The notes beneath the pieces were generated by a model that did not search any database, had not been told where the DNA came from, and worked only from the letters and a program-made list of their open reading frames with translations. Source: Candidatus Bathyarchaeia archaeon (GTDB taxonomy: Archaea; Thermoproteota; Bathyarchaeia; Bathyarchaeales; Bathycorpusculaceae). From it: a stretch of 64,000 bases of DNA. A program made the translations under genes and the position numbers. This document shows, piece by piece, positions 49,004 to 59,046 of the stretch. Positions within the stretch are counted from its first letter, which is position 1, and each line of letters starts with the position of its first letter. The stretch is from assembly GCA_049515895.1 (NCBI GenBank), contig JBEKTQ010000007.1, positions 96,001 to 160,000 on the forward strand, in the 5' to 3' direction.

Positions 49004-50245
49004 ATGGATGCATCAGAGAAACCTAGACTTGTAATCTTCGACGTTGAAGGAGTTCTTATTCCGAAAAACCGCTTCTTTTTTGAAGTTGGAAAGAAATTAG
49101 GCTTAACCAGATTGGTTAAACTTCTCTTTTTCGGTTTCCTCTATGAAGCAGGCATTCTTAAGCTTGAATCAGTACTGAAGCACATGTTCAATCAAGCGAA
49201 GGGGATCAAGCTTGAAGATCTGACGAAAATTCTTGAAAAAATCTCTTCAACAAATTATCAGAAAGGCATCTTTTCGCAGATAAAAACGAGAAACTGCAAG
49301 ATCGCTTTAATCAGCTCTGGTTTGCCAACTTTCGCTGTTAAAGAATTAGCCGATTCTGTCGGCGCAGACTACGCTTACGGGGTTGAGGTAGAAACGGAAG
49401 GAGGCAAATTGACGGGAAAAATCTGGGGCGATGCGATTCAGCCCGATGGAAAACTGAAGATTCTCGCGCAAGTATTAACCGCTGAGAACCTAAGACTAAG
49501 AGACTGTATCGTAGTTGCTGACGATAGAAATAACCGTTGCCTGTACCTGCCTGGAATGCTGAAGATCGGTTTTAACCCCGATTTTATAATACGGGTTAAA
49601 GCAGACAGAGTAGTAAACGGCAGACTTTCCTCGGTCATCCCTATAATAGATGGCAAACCCCGAAAGCGTTCTTTTCCATCGGCAAACGATTTTGTTCGGG
49701 AAGACATTCATGCATCTGGAATTTTCATGCCGGTTATCGCTAGTTTAATCGGCGTTCCCGCGGTCGGCACGCTAATTTTTCTCATTGCGGCACTTTACAC
49801 TGTTTCTGAGCTTTGGCGCCTGGAAGGAAAAAACCTGATTTTCATCTCAGCTATTACCCGGCATGCCGCGTCACAGTCAGAACTGCACGGGTTCGCGGCG
49901 GCGCCGCTGTATTTTGCTGGGGGCATCTTGTTTACTTTAGTTGTTTTTCCTCACCCTGCAAGTTACGCTGCAATCGCGATGTTCTGCCTTGGTGACAGCA
50001 CAGCTTCACTTTTCGGAGCCTTCGCTTCATGGTCTTTGCCGTTCAACAAGGGGAAAACTTGGGGAGGCTCTTTTGCAGGGCTGTTTTTCGCTTTCTTAGC
50101 TGGTCTGATCTTCTTGCCGACACAGCCGCTTTTGGCTTTAGCAGGCGCAGCCATCGCGATGACCGTTGAGGTTCTACCGTTGCCTGTAAACGATAACGTG
50201 CTGATTCCAATAATCACGGGGGCAGCATTGACACTACTACTATAA
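49004..50245 (+). CDS. fusion of HAD (SerB-like) domain and dolichol/phytol kinase-like membrane domain
   Basis: N-terminal FDVEGVL/ISSG/K/DDRNN; C-terminal RE.IH, GDSTASLFG, KTWGGS, DN..IP. Confidence 0.75.
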   Translation: MDASEKPRLVIFDVEGVLIPKNRFFFEVGKKLGLTRLVKLLFFGFLYEAGILKLESVLKHMFNQAKGIKLEDLTKILEKISSTNYQKGIFSQIKTRNCKIALISSGLPTFAVKELADSVGADYAYGVEVETEGGKLTGKIWGDAIQPDGKLKILAQVLTAENLRLRDCIVVADDRNNRCLYLPGMLKIGFNPDFIIRVKADRVVNGRLSSVIPIIDGKPRKRSFPSANDFVREDIHASGIFMPVIASLIGVPAVGTLIFLIAALYTVSELWRLEGKNLIFISAITRHAASQSELHGFAAAPLYFAGGILFTLVVFPHPASYAAIAMFCLGDSTASLFGAFASWSLPFNKGKTWGGSFAGLFFAFLAGLIFLPTQPLLALAGAAIAMTVEVLPLPVNDNVLIPIITGAALTLLL

Positions 50246-50713
50246 CTCTATCATCGAATTCAAGTAGTCCTTCACAAAATATTTCTTGCCCCTTTTGGCT
50301 ATCTCGTGCCCTTCCTGTTCCAGAAGCCGCTTTTGATTTTCCATTCCGCCGGGGTATTTCTCGTTTAGGAACCCGCCAGTTTTGAGGGTGCGCCAATAAG
50401 GAGTAATGTCAGCTGCGCCTTGGTGTTTTTGCTCTTCCGCCGCGTTAGCGGATATCCAAGCGAAAATGCCCGTTGTCAATGGGCAACCGATCGTGGCGAC
50501 GTGTTTCTTTGCAAGGGCTGAGCGGATCTCGTTGATCGTTGTCAGTTTTCCTTTGGGCACTTTCTTCATTAACTGGTCAACCTCGATTGGCGCCGGAATA
50601 ACCAAGGTGCCTGTGCCCCATTTAGCTGCCATTCTGCCTGTGAGCGGCTCAACTTTAGGGTAGCCTTTGCTGTTATTCAGTTTTTCCTTCCAAGTCGGTC
50701 TCTTCTTCGCCAT
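50240..50713 (-). CDS. MGMT-family alkyltransferase-like (ATL) DNA-binding protein
   Basis: VPKGKLTT, PYWR in place of PCHR, Q...LEQEG. Confidence 0.8.
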   Translation of the reverse strand: MAKKRPTWKEKLNNSKGYPKVEPLTGRMAAKWGTGTLVIPAPIEVDQLMKKVPKGKLTTINEIRSALAKKHVATIGCPLTTGIFAWISANAAEEQKHQGAADITPYWRTLKTGGFLNEKYPGGMENQKRLLEQEGHEIAKRGKKYFVKDYLNSMIEL

Positions 50714-50814
50714 ATTCTTACACTTAAATATGTATCTTGGGTGATTTAATGAAACTTTCTAATAACTCTTTTTTGGCATCGTTTGTCTCAAAACAGAAAG
50801 TAGTAGTCGGACGT

Positions 50815-51069
50815 TTATTTCATGTTTTGTGCGTTGATTAGGTCGAGTTTTTGTTGGTGGTTGAGTTTTTTTATTTCTCTTTCCCGTTTCATAGCTTCGC
50901 TTCTCGAGCCGAATATTTCGGCGTAAGCGAGTTTCTTAGGCTTGTGTGATTTGGTATATTTTGCGCCATTGCCGTTCATGTGAAGCTTTGTTCTAGTGTC
51001 AAGATCTTGGGTGTAGCCTGTGTAGAAGGTGCCGTCGCTGCAAAGCAGAATGTAGACGCAAAATGACGT
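50815..51069 (-). CDS. GIY-YIG nuclease (UPF0213/YhbQ-like), 84 aa; no canonical start (ACG)
   Basis: Hand-translated: (T)SFCVYILLCSDGTFYTGYTQDLDTRTKLHMNGNGAKYTKSHKP...EAMKREREIKKL; missing from the ORF track. Confidence 0.8.
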   Translation of the reverse strand, partial: TSFCVYILLCSDGTFYTGYTQDLDTRTKLHMNGNGAKYTKSHKPKKLAYAEIFGSRSEAMKREREIKKLNHQQKLDLINAQNMK

Positions 51070-51074
51070 TTCGC

Positions 51075-51755
51075 CTATTGCCCCCTGACTTCGCGTGGCA
51101 TGTAATCGTAGACGATGCCTCTTTGAATGGCTCTTTTCAGGTATGCTTCAGGGTCTATTTCTTGAACTTTCGCATGGTCAACATCGATGATGTAGATTTC
51201 ATGTATTCGGGCGTTTTTTATTTCTTCAAATGTGACGGGCGGCTTCTGATAGTACGCGTCGCAGAGCCTTTTTATCTGCAGGATTTCCCAGTCTTCACGG
51301 TTTCTTGGCGGCTTTGCCAGTGCACGGGGAAAGGGTAAGATGTAGTGGGGTGGCACGCCCAAGGCGAATTTTCCAGCGAAACTGCTGTACCTGATTATTT
51401 TGCTTGCCAGACGTGCGGAAGTGTAAGTAAGTGGCGCCAAGGCGTTTTCAGGCGGAATAAAGCCTGTTTCAACTTCAACAATGAGGTTTCCTAAGCCTTT
51501 TGTGGCATAGAGGTCGCAGGTCAAGATTTGATTCAGGACATGTTCGATCTGTACCTCGTGCCCTTTTTCTACCAAGTACTTAGCGCAGCCAAGCTCCATC
51601 ACGGAATGGTTGATCTTTACAATGTTTTCCTTCCGCAGTTCAACCAGACAATTTTTTAGGATTTTAAGTTTATCTTTGACTTGCTCATCAGAATCCATTG
51701 TTAGCCTTGACAGGAAAACCGTTAAATCTTCTTCGAACTCTTGCCTGCTGCTCAT
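51075..51755 (-). CDS. conserved archaeal hypothetical protein with PD-(D/E)xK-like motifs
   Basis: INHSVME, CDLYA, IVEVETG pattern. Confidence 0.65.
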   Translation of the reverse strand: MSSRQEFEEDLTVFLSRLTMDSDEQVKDKLKILKNCLVELRKENIVKINHSVMELGCAKYLVEKGHEVQIEHVLNQILTCDLYATKGLGNLIVEVETGFIPPENALAPLTYTSARLASKIIRYSSFAGKFALGVPPHYILPFPRALAKPPRNREDWEILQIKRLCDAYYQKPPVTFEEIKNARIHEIYIIDVDHAKVQEIDPEAYLKRAIQRGIVYDYMPREVRGQ

Positions 51756-52058
51756 TTACTCTTCCTTTCCAAGTTGACCTGTCATGTTTACTTAAACTAT
51801 TTGGTTTCAGATTATATAAAGTCAGAAAACGCTTTACCTTGAAGATGAATTGAGAATCTCTTGAATTAGAAGGATGCATCCGCCATGTTTACATGGTTAA
51901 TTTGATTTTTTGTGAAATTGTATATTCTGCAAGATTTGGCCTCTTCCTATAGAGTCCAACTAAGATTCAATATAGAAGTGAGGTCATTGCATTTTTCAAT
52001 TTAGGTAGATTGTTTTTTTGAGGGTTTCCATTGAAGGAATTGTGGTCGACTGTGCTTG

Positions 52059-53978
52059 CTAATGACTACTTGGTTTTTCGTGTTTTTTCGCTCTCTTGAC
52101 ATAAAGTGCAGATAATATTGTTGCCGCTACCAAGACTGCCACAACCGTGTATAACGGGAGGTTTGGGGTACTGAGGATACTAGATGGTTTTTGGGTTGTC
52201 TGAGGCTCCTTAGCGATAGGGGTTTGGGTTTGGATTGTCAAGTTTTTGAGTGCGATGGCGGTGTCCTCATTGTTTGTTATGAGAAGCACTGTTGAATTGT
52301 TGCTGTTTTGACTGTTTGCGCTCTCAATTACGGTGCCGTTTTCGTAGCTTAGATTAGTTGTCGTGTTGTTGCCGCTTATTTTGGTGGTAATAGAGTACCA
52401 GATGTTTTGTTTTATGCTTCCTGTGGCGTTTGTTATGGCTGCTGATCCTTGCATATTCAAGATGTCTTCTTGGCTTAATCCCTTAAGGTTCAAGCTAAAG
52501 TTGCCTGCGTTGTTTTGAAGAATAAGGCTGAATTGGTTATCGAGGGTTTGGTTGAAATCGTCTGATAACATCAGCGGCGCAAGACCCTGGGGAACGCTTA
52601 AGGGAACCGTTTCGTTGTGAGACGGCACCTCTATTGTTGCTACTCTTCCACGGGACAATAACACTCTTTCTACCATGGCTGGTACAGTTATGTTGATGGT
52701 CGGCACGTTGGATATGGTTTGTCCTGCCCGAAGCACAATGAACTTGTAGCTTAACGAAGCATTTGTGCCCAATGGTAGTGTGAGGAAATCGTTTGCGCCT
52801 TGCATGGGAATTGTGGCGAAAGCTGCGAGGCCGGGTTCCCCAAAAATATAGTTGTAGTCAACTGAGTTAAACTGTAAGTATGATTGAGGTCCGACGAAGA
52901 TTGGCAACATTTGGCTGTCGGCGCCTGCGTAGTTTGAACCGCCGTTCCAGCTTGCTGTTACGTAGTAAGTTCCTGACGTGGTGAAGTTCCATGTCAAACT
53001 GTAGTTGCCGGCATTGTCGGTTGTTGTTGTCAAGAAGTTTAGCACTTCACCTTCGTAGTTGCTGCTGCTTACGTAAACGTTTACAGTTTGACCTGATACC
53101 GCTGGTGTAATTGAGCCAGAGATTAACAGGGACCTCTCACCATTTACATCAGTGCTTGTTGCTTGCTGGCTGAGGTTCAGTGTTATCGTGGAATTGATTA
53201 AATTTTTGTTTAAGCCGGCTGAGATCTCTGCTGGGGGCAACGACTCCGTAGTACTATTAAGGGGAATGATGTTTGCTATTGCATTGGCTAATGTTTGGGA
53301 TTGGTCTCCCACTTTCCAGTTGCCTTCTGGCGTAGTTTCGGCAGTCCAGTAGGTTTTGTTGTCGTATGTGAAGCTTGTCGGGGTCATGAAGGAAGTATGG
53401 TAAACTGGAGTATAGGGCAAGTACACACCAACGTTCATGTGCTGGGGATTTATGCCAGTGTAGAGAATCAATACGACGTCCAAGCCGCCAGCCTCCATGA
53501 TGGATGCAGTAAGGAGCGACAGCCCAACGCAATCACCCATGTTTTTTGAAAGCGTTTCAACCGGGTATTGTGGGTTAGTAACATTGTAGGTAAACTGGTG
53601 GACGAACCCCAACACTGCATCTGCAAATTGCTCATCTTGGTGGGGCAGGTTGTCAGTGACATTCATGATAGAATCCGCTATTGGTGCTACCACCTGAGGT
53701 GTTACAAAATTTGCGTAATCACTGTTATCGTTTATTGAGTGAGTCAAGTTACCATAATAGTTAACGAGCGAAGTCGGTGTGGAGACGTAAAGCTTTTGGT
53801 TGTGCCCACTGCTAAGAAGCCTAGGCTGCACGTTAATTATCCCGTATTGGCGGGTGGAAGGCGGTTGAATCGTGTAGGTTTTTTCGATATTGCCCAATGC
53901 CGTAACAGGTATCATGCAAACCGCTAGAAGAACGATGAAAAGAAAAACGGCGGCTTTCTGATAATTTAAAAAATTCAT
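52059..53978 (-). CDS. surface protein with transglutaminase-like domain, Ig-like domain and C-terminal TM anchor
   Basis: Signal peptide, GDC..S.L.AS, H...GV, AETT; TTDNAGNYS...GTYYVTASW; many N-glycosylation sequons. Confidence 0.75.
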   Translation of the reverse strand: MNFLNYQKAAVFLFIVLLAVCMIPVTALGNIEKTYTIQPPSTRQYGIINVQPRLLSSGHNQKLYVSTPTSLVNYYGNLTHSINDNSDYANFVTPQVVAPIADSIMNVTDNLPHQDEQFADAVLGFVHQFTYNVTNPQYPVETLSKNMGDCVGLSLLTASIMEAGGLDVVLILYTGINPQHMNVGVYLPYTPVYHTSFMTPTSFTYDNKTYWTAETTPEGNWKVGDQSQTLANAIANIIPLNSTTESLPPAEISAGLNKNLINSTITLNLSQQATSTDVNGERSLLISGSITPAVSGQTVNVYVSSSNYEGEVLNFLTTTTDNAGNYSLTWNFTTSGTYYVTASWNGGSNYAGADSQMLPIFVGPQSYLQFNSVDYNYIFGEPGLAAFATIPMQGANDFLTLPLGTNASLSYKFIVLRAGQTISNVPTINITVPAMVERVLLSRGRVATIEVPSHNETVPLSVPQGLAPLMLSDDFNQTLDNQFSLILQNNAGNFSLNLKGLSQEDILNMQGSAAITNATGSIKQNIWYSITTKISGNNTTTNLSYENGTVIESANSQNSNNSTVLLITNNEDTAIALKNLTIQTQTPIAKEPQTTQKPSSILSTPNLPLYTVVAVLVAATILSALYVKRAKKHEKPSSH

Positions 53979-54165
53979 ATGTATCTACAACATGGAGCGG
54001 TTTTAAACCAATTACATTATGGACTTTGGGCAAACATTTATCCTTTTTGTATATCACCCCAGAAGCGTTCCCTATGTTGGTTTGGGAGAAAAAATAATTC
54101 AAAGATTTCTTGAGGCAAGGTTTTTGAGCTTTCACGTGACTTCTTAATTCTGAAGGACAAGGCGT

Positions 54166-54486
54166 TTGAGCAAGAGTTTTGTTTCTTCCATAAAAGAAGG
54201 CGAACTGGGGGAAGGCAAAATGAAAGCCGTCAGGCTTAAGGGAAAGCCAATTTTGCTATTAAGGGTAGGAGGAGAAATTTATGGTGTATCAAACTCTTGC
54301 CCTCACGAAAGCTGCAGCTTTCAAGGCGGAATCCTCACAGGCTATACCTTGATGTGCCCCTGTCACGGCTGGAAATTCGATATACGAAACGGGCAATACC
54401 AAGAAATCCCGCAGGTGAAACTATCGTGCTATCCCTGCAAAGTTGAGAATGAAAAAATATTAGTTGAAATCAAAAAAGCCAAGTAG
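54166..54486 (+). CDS. Rieske [2Fe-2S] ferredoxin
   Basis: CPH...CPCHGWKFD. Confidence 0.9.
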   Translation: MSKSFVSSIKEGELGEGKMKAVRLKGKPILLLRVGGEIYGVSNSCPHESCSFQGGILTGYTLMCPCHGWKFDIRNGQYQEIPQVKLSCYPCKVENEKILVEIKKAK

Positions 54487-54633
54487 CATCCATCTTCTCC
54501 CGACTATGGATTTGGATTTTAAGTTTATTCGCATTCCGTTTTTTGGGCTGCGGGGAGATTTGCAAAAAACAGCTTTATATAAAACAGTAATCTCGTTAAG
54601 ACATAGGTATTTCAGTGCGTAGGAAGGATTTTT

Positions 54634-55968
54634 TTGAGACTATTTGATTGGCAACTTTTTGCAGACGCGGAATCTTTTCTTCAAACGCAGCTAAATAAAC
54701 TTCTGGGCAAGAGCAGTTTCGCATCGCGGGTGGCCATGGAAATTCAACAGAACACTTCGACAAGCATTTTCAACTGGGTTGACCACTTAAGTCTACCGGC
54801 AGAAACCGTAAAAATTGAGGAGCTTACGAAGCTAGGTTTCGAAGAGTCACAGAAAAACTTGGAAGACTCAGCAGTTTTTCGGGTTAATGGAAGTACGCTG
54901 TTCCCGTTGATTCTAAAAAGAGACAAAAACTCAGAAGTTGCACTCGCCGTTGAAGATATAGAAGATTTCCGAAAAACTATCGGAAAAGAAAAAAGTATTC
55001 AAGGAGCACCCTACTCGAACTTTAGAAAGTTGTCTCTAGTCAGCGAAAACGATTTTATTTTTTCTCTTGTTGAGAGACGCGGCTCATCAGGCTACACAAC
55101 TGAAGAAGACATAGGGGACGTTGACTTGTATGTTAACGCCTTGCATACATTAGAAACACGCCAAAGACTCTTCTCATCTGCTGAAGAAGGCATTTTCGAA
55201 ACTGAGAAACTGCTAAGAGACTTTGGAAACAAACTTAGCAAACCGCGATTAGCTGACGCTTTCTTCCGTGCGGAAAGACGCTACTGGGAAACCCGAAATC
55301 ACTCAGCCAAAACTCAGAAAGCTAGGCAGGATAGGGTAGGCGTTGGATGGGGCAACGTTGACCACCATACCTTCAGGTCCTCACGCCGAAGTTTTGCCGC
55401 TTTAATCCGCCTATTCGAGTATATAGGACTTAAGTCCCGCGAAAGTTTTCACGCTGGCGCCCAAGCGGGTTGGGGAGCACAAATCTTGGAGGATCGAGAT
55501 GGGCGAAACGTTGTTTTCGCCGATGTTGACTTGTCTGCCCAAGAAAAAGACGTTGATTTCGCTCACATAGGGCTTGAAATGCGTAATGAGTTGGGTTCGG
55601 TTGGCTTGTGGGTTGGGTTGCACGGGGAAAGCATCCTTGAGGCTGGGATGCATCACTTAGCTGCACGTTTCAACTTTGAGGCGGTGCGAGAAGACCTTAA
55701 GGCGATAGGCGTCGGCATGATGAGACCTTTCTCCAATTTTCCCTTCCTTAAACAGGCCTTCACGGAACCTGAGAAGTGGCAGATTCATGGCGAAAAACTG
55801 AATTTGCTATTAAAAAATCAAAGCATAAGCAGTCAGCAGGCTTCAGCGTTTCTTCGGGACGGCGCGATTGCCAGCCATTTGGAGAACATCGAGCGCGGTC
55901 AAGGTTTCAAGGGGTTCAACCAGAATTCAGTCAGCGCAATTATCAAATGGACCAATCCCTTAACTTAA
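54634..55968 (+). CDS. VOC-superfamily metalloenzyme (HPPD/DUF1338-like), function unknown
   Basis: DHHTFR, GMHHLA, LENIER..GFKGFN: His-His-Glu spacing as in HPPD/HglS. Confidence 0.55.
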   Translation: MRLFDWQLFADAESFLQTQLNKLLGKSSFASRVAMEIQQNTSTSIFNWVDHLSLPAETVKIEELTKLGFEESQKNLEDSAVFRVNGSTLFPLILKRDKNSEVALAVEDIEDFRKTIGKEKSIQGAPYSNFRKLSLVSENDFIFSLVERRGSSGYTTEEDIGDVDLYVNALHTLETRQRLFSSAEEGIFETEKLLRDFGNKLSKPRLADAFFRAERRYWETRNHSAKTQKARQDRVGVGWGNVDHHTFRSSRRSFAALIRLFEYIGLKSRESFHAGAQAGWGAQILEDRDGRNVVFADVDLSAQEKDVDFAHIGLEMRNELGSVGLWVGLHGESILEAGMHHLAARFNFEAVREDLKAIGVGMMRPFSNFPFLKQAFTEPEKWQIHGEKLNLLLKNQSISSQQASAFLRDGAIASHLENIERGQGFKGFNQNSVSAIIKWTNPLT

Positions 55969-55992
55969 GAAGAAAAATATGCCTAAGTTAGA

Positions 55993-56970
55993 TTAGGCGT
56001 TGGGGTTCTGGCTTAGCTGCTGCAGCGCTCGAAGACGCTTGGTTATGTTCGGGTGAGTCGACAAAGCTTCTGTCAAATTGTCTGCGCCAGTTATTTTCCT
56101 CGACAGGATTTCCTGAACCATGAACGATGCTTCGACGTTTTTTGCAGCTTGGTCGGAATTGCCCGGATCGGAGATGAAGAGGCATTTGAAAGCACTTACG
56201 CTTTGCTGCTGTCCTTGCCCTCTTGACTTACTTGTTTTCTTTGAGGCGCTGACGATTTTCGCGAGCGCAGTCGAGAGCTTCCATGCGCCGTTATCTACCA
56301 CTTGAACGCTGTTTCTGTCGGCGTAATACTCACGTATTCTGCTCAACCATAACGTAAAGAAGGTGAGTAGATACCCAAATCCCATCAAGCCAATGCCGAT
56401 GATTGCCCCATTGCCGTTGCTGCTTCTTCTGCTTCCCCCAGAGGCCATTCCAGACCACATCAGTGAGTACCCAGCATACATGAAGATGGACGGCAAGACT
56501 GAAACAGCCATCATAACTTGAACGTCTCGATGCCTGAGATGTCCCAGTTCATGTCCCAAGACCGCTTCAACCTCGTCCGTGTTCAACGCCGTCAGCAATC
56601 CTGGTGTCACTGCGACACGGCTGCCTGCAAGCGGAGAACCATAGGCGAAAGCGTTTGGAACAGGGATCTGAGCTAGCATGAGCTCCGGGGTTTTTATGTG
56701 GCATTTCTGACTTAGGGTGTTGACGATTTGGTGAAGTTGAGGATTCTCTGCTTGTGAAATTTTTCTGATCTTGTAAACAGCGCCTAATAAGTATGGTGCG
56801 AAGAGCCATTGAGCAACGTTTATGACTACTACAATTATGCCTAACGCAACGATGTTGAAGACGCCGAAATACAACATAACGCCAGTTAAGACTAGAGTAG
56901 ACAACCCGATGATGATTGTAAGGGTTGCCAGCATTGAAAGTCTAAGTTCAACAATACCCATATTGGTCAA
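55993..56970 (-). CDS. htpX: zinc metalloprotease HtpX (M48)
   Basis: PNAFAYG, HELGH, SRIREYYAD, STHP....R. Confidence 0.93.
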   Translation of the reverse strand: MTNMGIVELRLSMLATLTIIIGLSTLVLTGVMLYFGVFNIVALGIIVVVINVAQWLFAPYLLGAVYKIRKISQAENPQLHQIVNTLSQKCHIKTPELMLAQIPVPNAFAYGSPLAGSRVAVTPGLLTALNTDEVEAVLGHELGHLRHRDVQVMMAVSVLPSIFMYAGYSLMWSGMASGGSRRSSNGNGAIIGIGLMGFGYLLTFFTLWLSRIREYYADRNSVQVVDNGAWKLSTALAKIVSASKKTSKSRGQGQQQSVSAFKCLFISDPGNSDQAAKNVEASFMVQEILSRKITGADNLTEALSTHPNITKRLRALQQLSQNPNA

Positions 56971-57159
56971 TAATTGGCATTCATAACAGCCGCTTATATT
57001 TTTTACTTAGTGCAATGGCTATTTGCCACGGAAAAGACAACGTTTTCTTTAACAATTCAGACAACGGAGATTCTTGATTTTTTTGAACAGTAAGAGAGGT
57101 CTAGATAGTGTTTAATATTAAAATAGGATGCATAAGTAATTAATGAAAGTCATCTGTGA

Positions 57160-57591
57160 GTGAAGATTATGATGGGCGAAAATAATGCGGATAGCTTAGA
57201 AATCGAGGTCCATCCTCAAGCTCTTGAGTTTCTTAAGAAAAGCGGCGATGTCTTCGTCCTTACGGATGTTCAAAACCCCCAGTATTCCTACTACAGAATT
57301 AAGGATTATGATTCTAATCTCAAGGTCAAGTTTGAAGAGTTCGTGGAAATCTGCAAAGGATATCCTGAAAGTCAAACGGATGTAAACAACCCGACCGCTG
57401 AATTTGTCGTCACCGTTTTTAACGTAAATTCCCCATCAAAGACGATGCCTTCCAACCTGGCCTTTTATGTTTCGAAATCTGGGTTCCCGTCAGTTGACGA
57501 TTGGTTGAAAACATTGAAGGCGGATGAAATTCCCGATTGTGAAAGTGGATATAGAAAAACGTTCTACCTTTACCGCATACAAACTTCCTAA
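57160..57591 (+). CDS. hypothetical protein (possibly ASCH/PUA-like)
   Basis: 143-aa ORF with YVSKSGF.SVDDW pattern; no firm assignment. Confidence 0.55.
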   Translation: MKIMMGENNADSLEIEVHPQALEFLKKSGDVFVLTDVQNPQYSYYRIKDYDSNLKVKFEEFVEICKGYPESQTDVNNPTAEFVVTVFNVNSPSKTMPSNLAFYVSKSGFPSVDDWLKTLKADEIPDCESGYRKTFYLYRIQTS

Positions 57592-57713
57592 AATGCTGTC
57601 CTTTTAATTTCATTTTTTCGTTCGGTGGCATCTGCTACTTTTGAACGGAAAATTTTAAAAGCTTACATTTGTTGTGGTCTATTAATCTACAAATTTACTG
57701 AAGATGAAAAGAA

Positions 57714-58982
57714 ATGAAGAGAATACTCACAGCGTTACTTCTGGGGATTTTGTTTTTGTCGATTTTTGTGGCAGTAGCTCCGAAAAGCTTGGCTCAACAA
57801 TCAATTGACTGGTGGTCCACGTTCCGCCACGACACAACTCACACGGCATACTCAACTTCGACGGGACCAACTACAAACACCCTCCTTTGGAGTTACGCAA
57901 CAGGCAATTCAGTATCCTATAGTTCTCCCGCGGTTTTAAACGGTGTCGTTTTCGTCGGTTCCAATGATCACTACCTTTACGCCCTCAATGCTGCCAATGG
58001 TGCGTACATCTGGAGCTACAAGACAGGCAGTTCCATTGATTCTTCCCCAGCAGTCGCCAACGGCATCGTCTACGTAGGATCAGAAGACCACAAAGTCTAT
58101 GCAATAAACGCCACGAACGGTTCCAAGTTATGGAGCTTCAGCACCGGTGACAAAGTCGAGTCCTCGCCTGCAGTCGCTAATGACATAGTATATGTTGGTT
58201 CAGACGACGGCAAAGTTTATGCTATCTACGCTCAAACAGGCACCAAAGACTGGAGCTTCAGCGCTGGCAACGCAGTTGTTTCGTCACCTGCAGTTGCAAA
58301 TGGTGTAGTGTACGTTGGTTCAGAAGACAACAACGTGTACGCTTTGAACGCTGCAACGGGCTCCAAAATCTGGAGCTACGCGACCAGTGGCTCAGTGGAT
58401 GGCTCTCCGGCAGTTTGGAACGGCACAGTGTACATCGGTTCAGACGATAACAGCGTGTACGCTTTAAGCGTCCAAACTGGTACCAGAGTCTGGAGCTTCG
58501 GAACAGGAAACTATGTGGTTTCTTGTCCGGCCGTCGCTAACGGCGTCGTTTTCATAGGTTCAGAAGATGACAACGTGTATGCTTTGAATGCTGAAAGCGG
58601 CAGCAAGATCTGGAGCTACAATACAGGCAACCAAGTTGAGTCTTCGCCTTCCGTCGTCAACGGCTTAGTGTACGTAGGTTCTGACGACGACAACGTCTAC
58701 GCTTTGAACGCATCTACAGGCGGCACGGTTTGGACTTACGGAACCACCAATCTCGTAGATTCTTCCCCTGCAGTTGCAAACGGAGTGGTCTACGTTGGCT
58801 CAGTCGATAACAGTGTCTACGCTTTCGGTACAATTACCATTCCCCAACCATCCCCCTATCAACCACCAATTCCAGAGTTCCAAGGCAAAGCAGTCACTTT
58901 TACATTGGTTGCCATCGTGGCATTCGCTTCATTCGCTGTAATCGCCGCAAATAAAAAGAGCATAAGAGAAAGAAGACCTTAG
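57714..58982 (+). CDS. secreted PQQ-like beta-propeller protein with IPEF-TM-basic (PEF-CTERM-like) tail
   Basis: Signal peptide, eight ~40-aa WS.TG..V.SSPAV.NG.VYVGS.D..VYA repeats, IPEF followed by TM and KK/RR. Confidence 0.9.
   Translation: MKRILTALLLGILFLSIFVAVAPKSLAQQSIDWWSTFRHDTTHTAYSTSTGPTTNTLLWSYATGNSVSYSSPAVLNGVVFVGSNDHYLYALNAANGAYIWSYKTGSSIDSSPAVANGIVYVGSEDHKVYAINATNGSKLWSFSTGDKVESSPAVANDIVYVGSDDGKVYAIYAQTGTKDWSFSAGNAVVSSPAVANGVVYVGSEDNNVYALNAATGSKIWSYATSGSVDGSPAVWNGTVYIGSDDNSVYALSVQTGTRVWSFGTGNYVVSCPAVANGVVFIGSEDDNVYALNAESGSKIWSYNTGNQVESSPSVVNGLVYVGSDDDNVYALNASTGGTVWTYGTTNLVDSSPAVANGVVYVGSVDNSVYAFGTITIPQPSPYQPPIPEFQGKAVTFTLVAIVAFASFAVIAANKKSIRERRP
57888..58830 (+). repeat. intragenic 120-bp tandem repeats (8 propeller blades)
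   Basis: TGGAG/TGGAC at 57888, 58011, 58131, 58251, 58371, 58491, 58611 and 58731. Confidence 0.85.
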
Positions 58983-59046
58983 GGCTAAAAAAAATTTGGA
59001 AAAATCGACAATATAGGTAAATCGTGCACCACATGATGAGCTTTAT

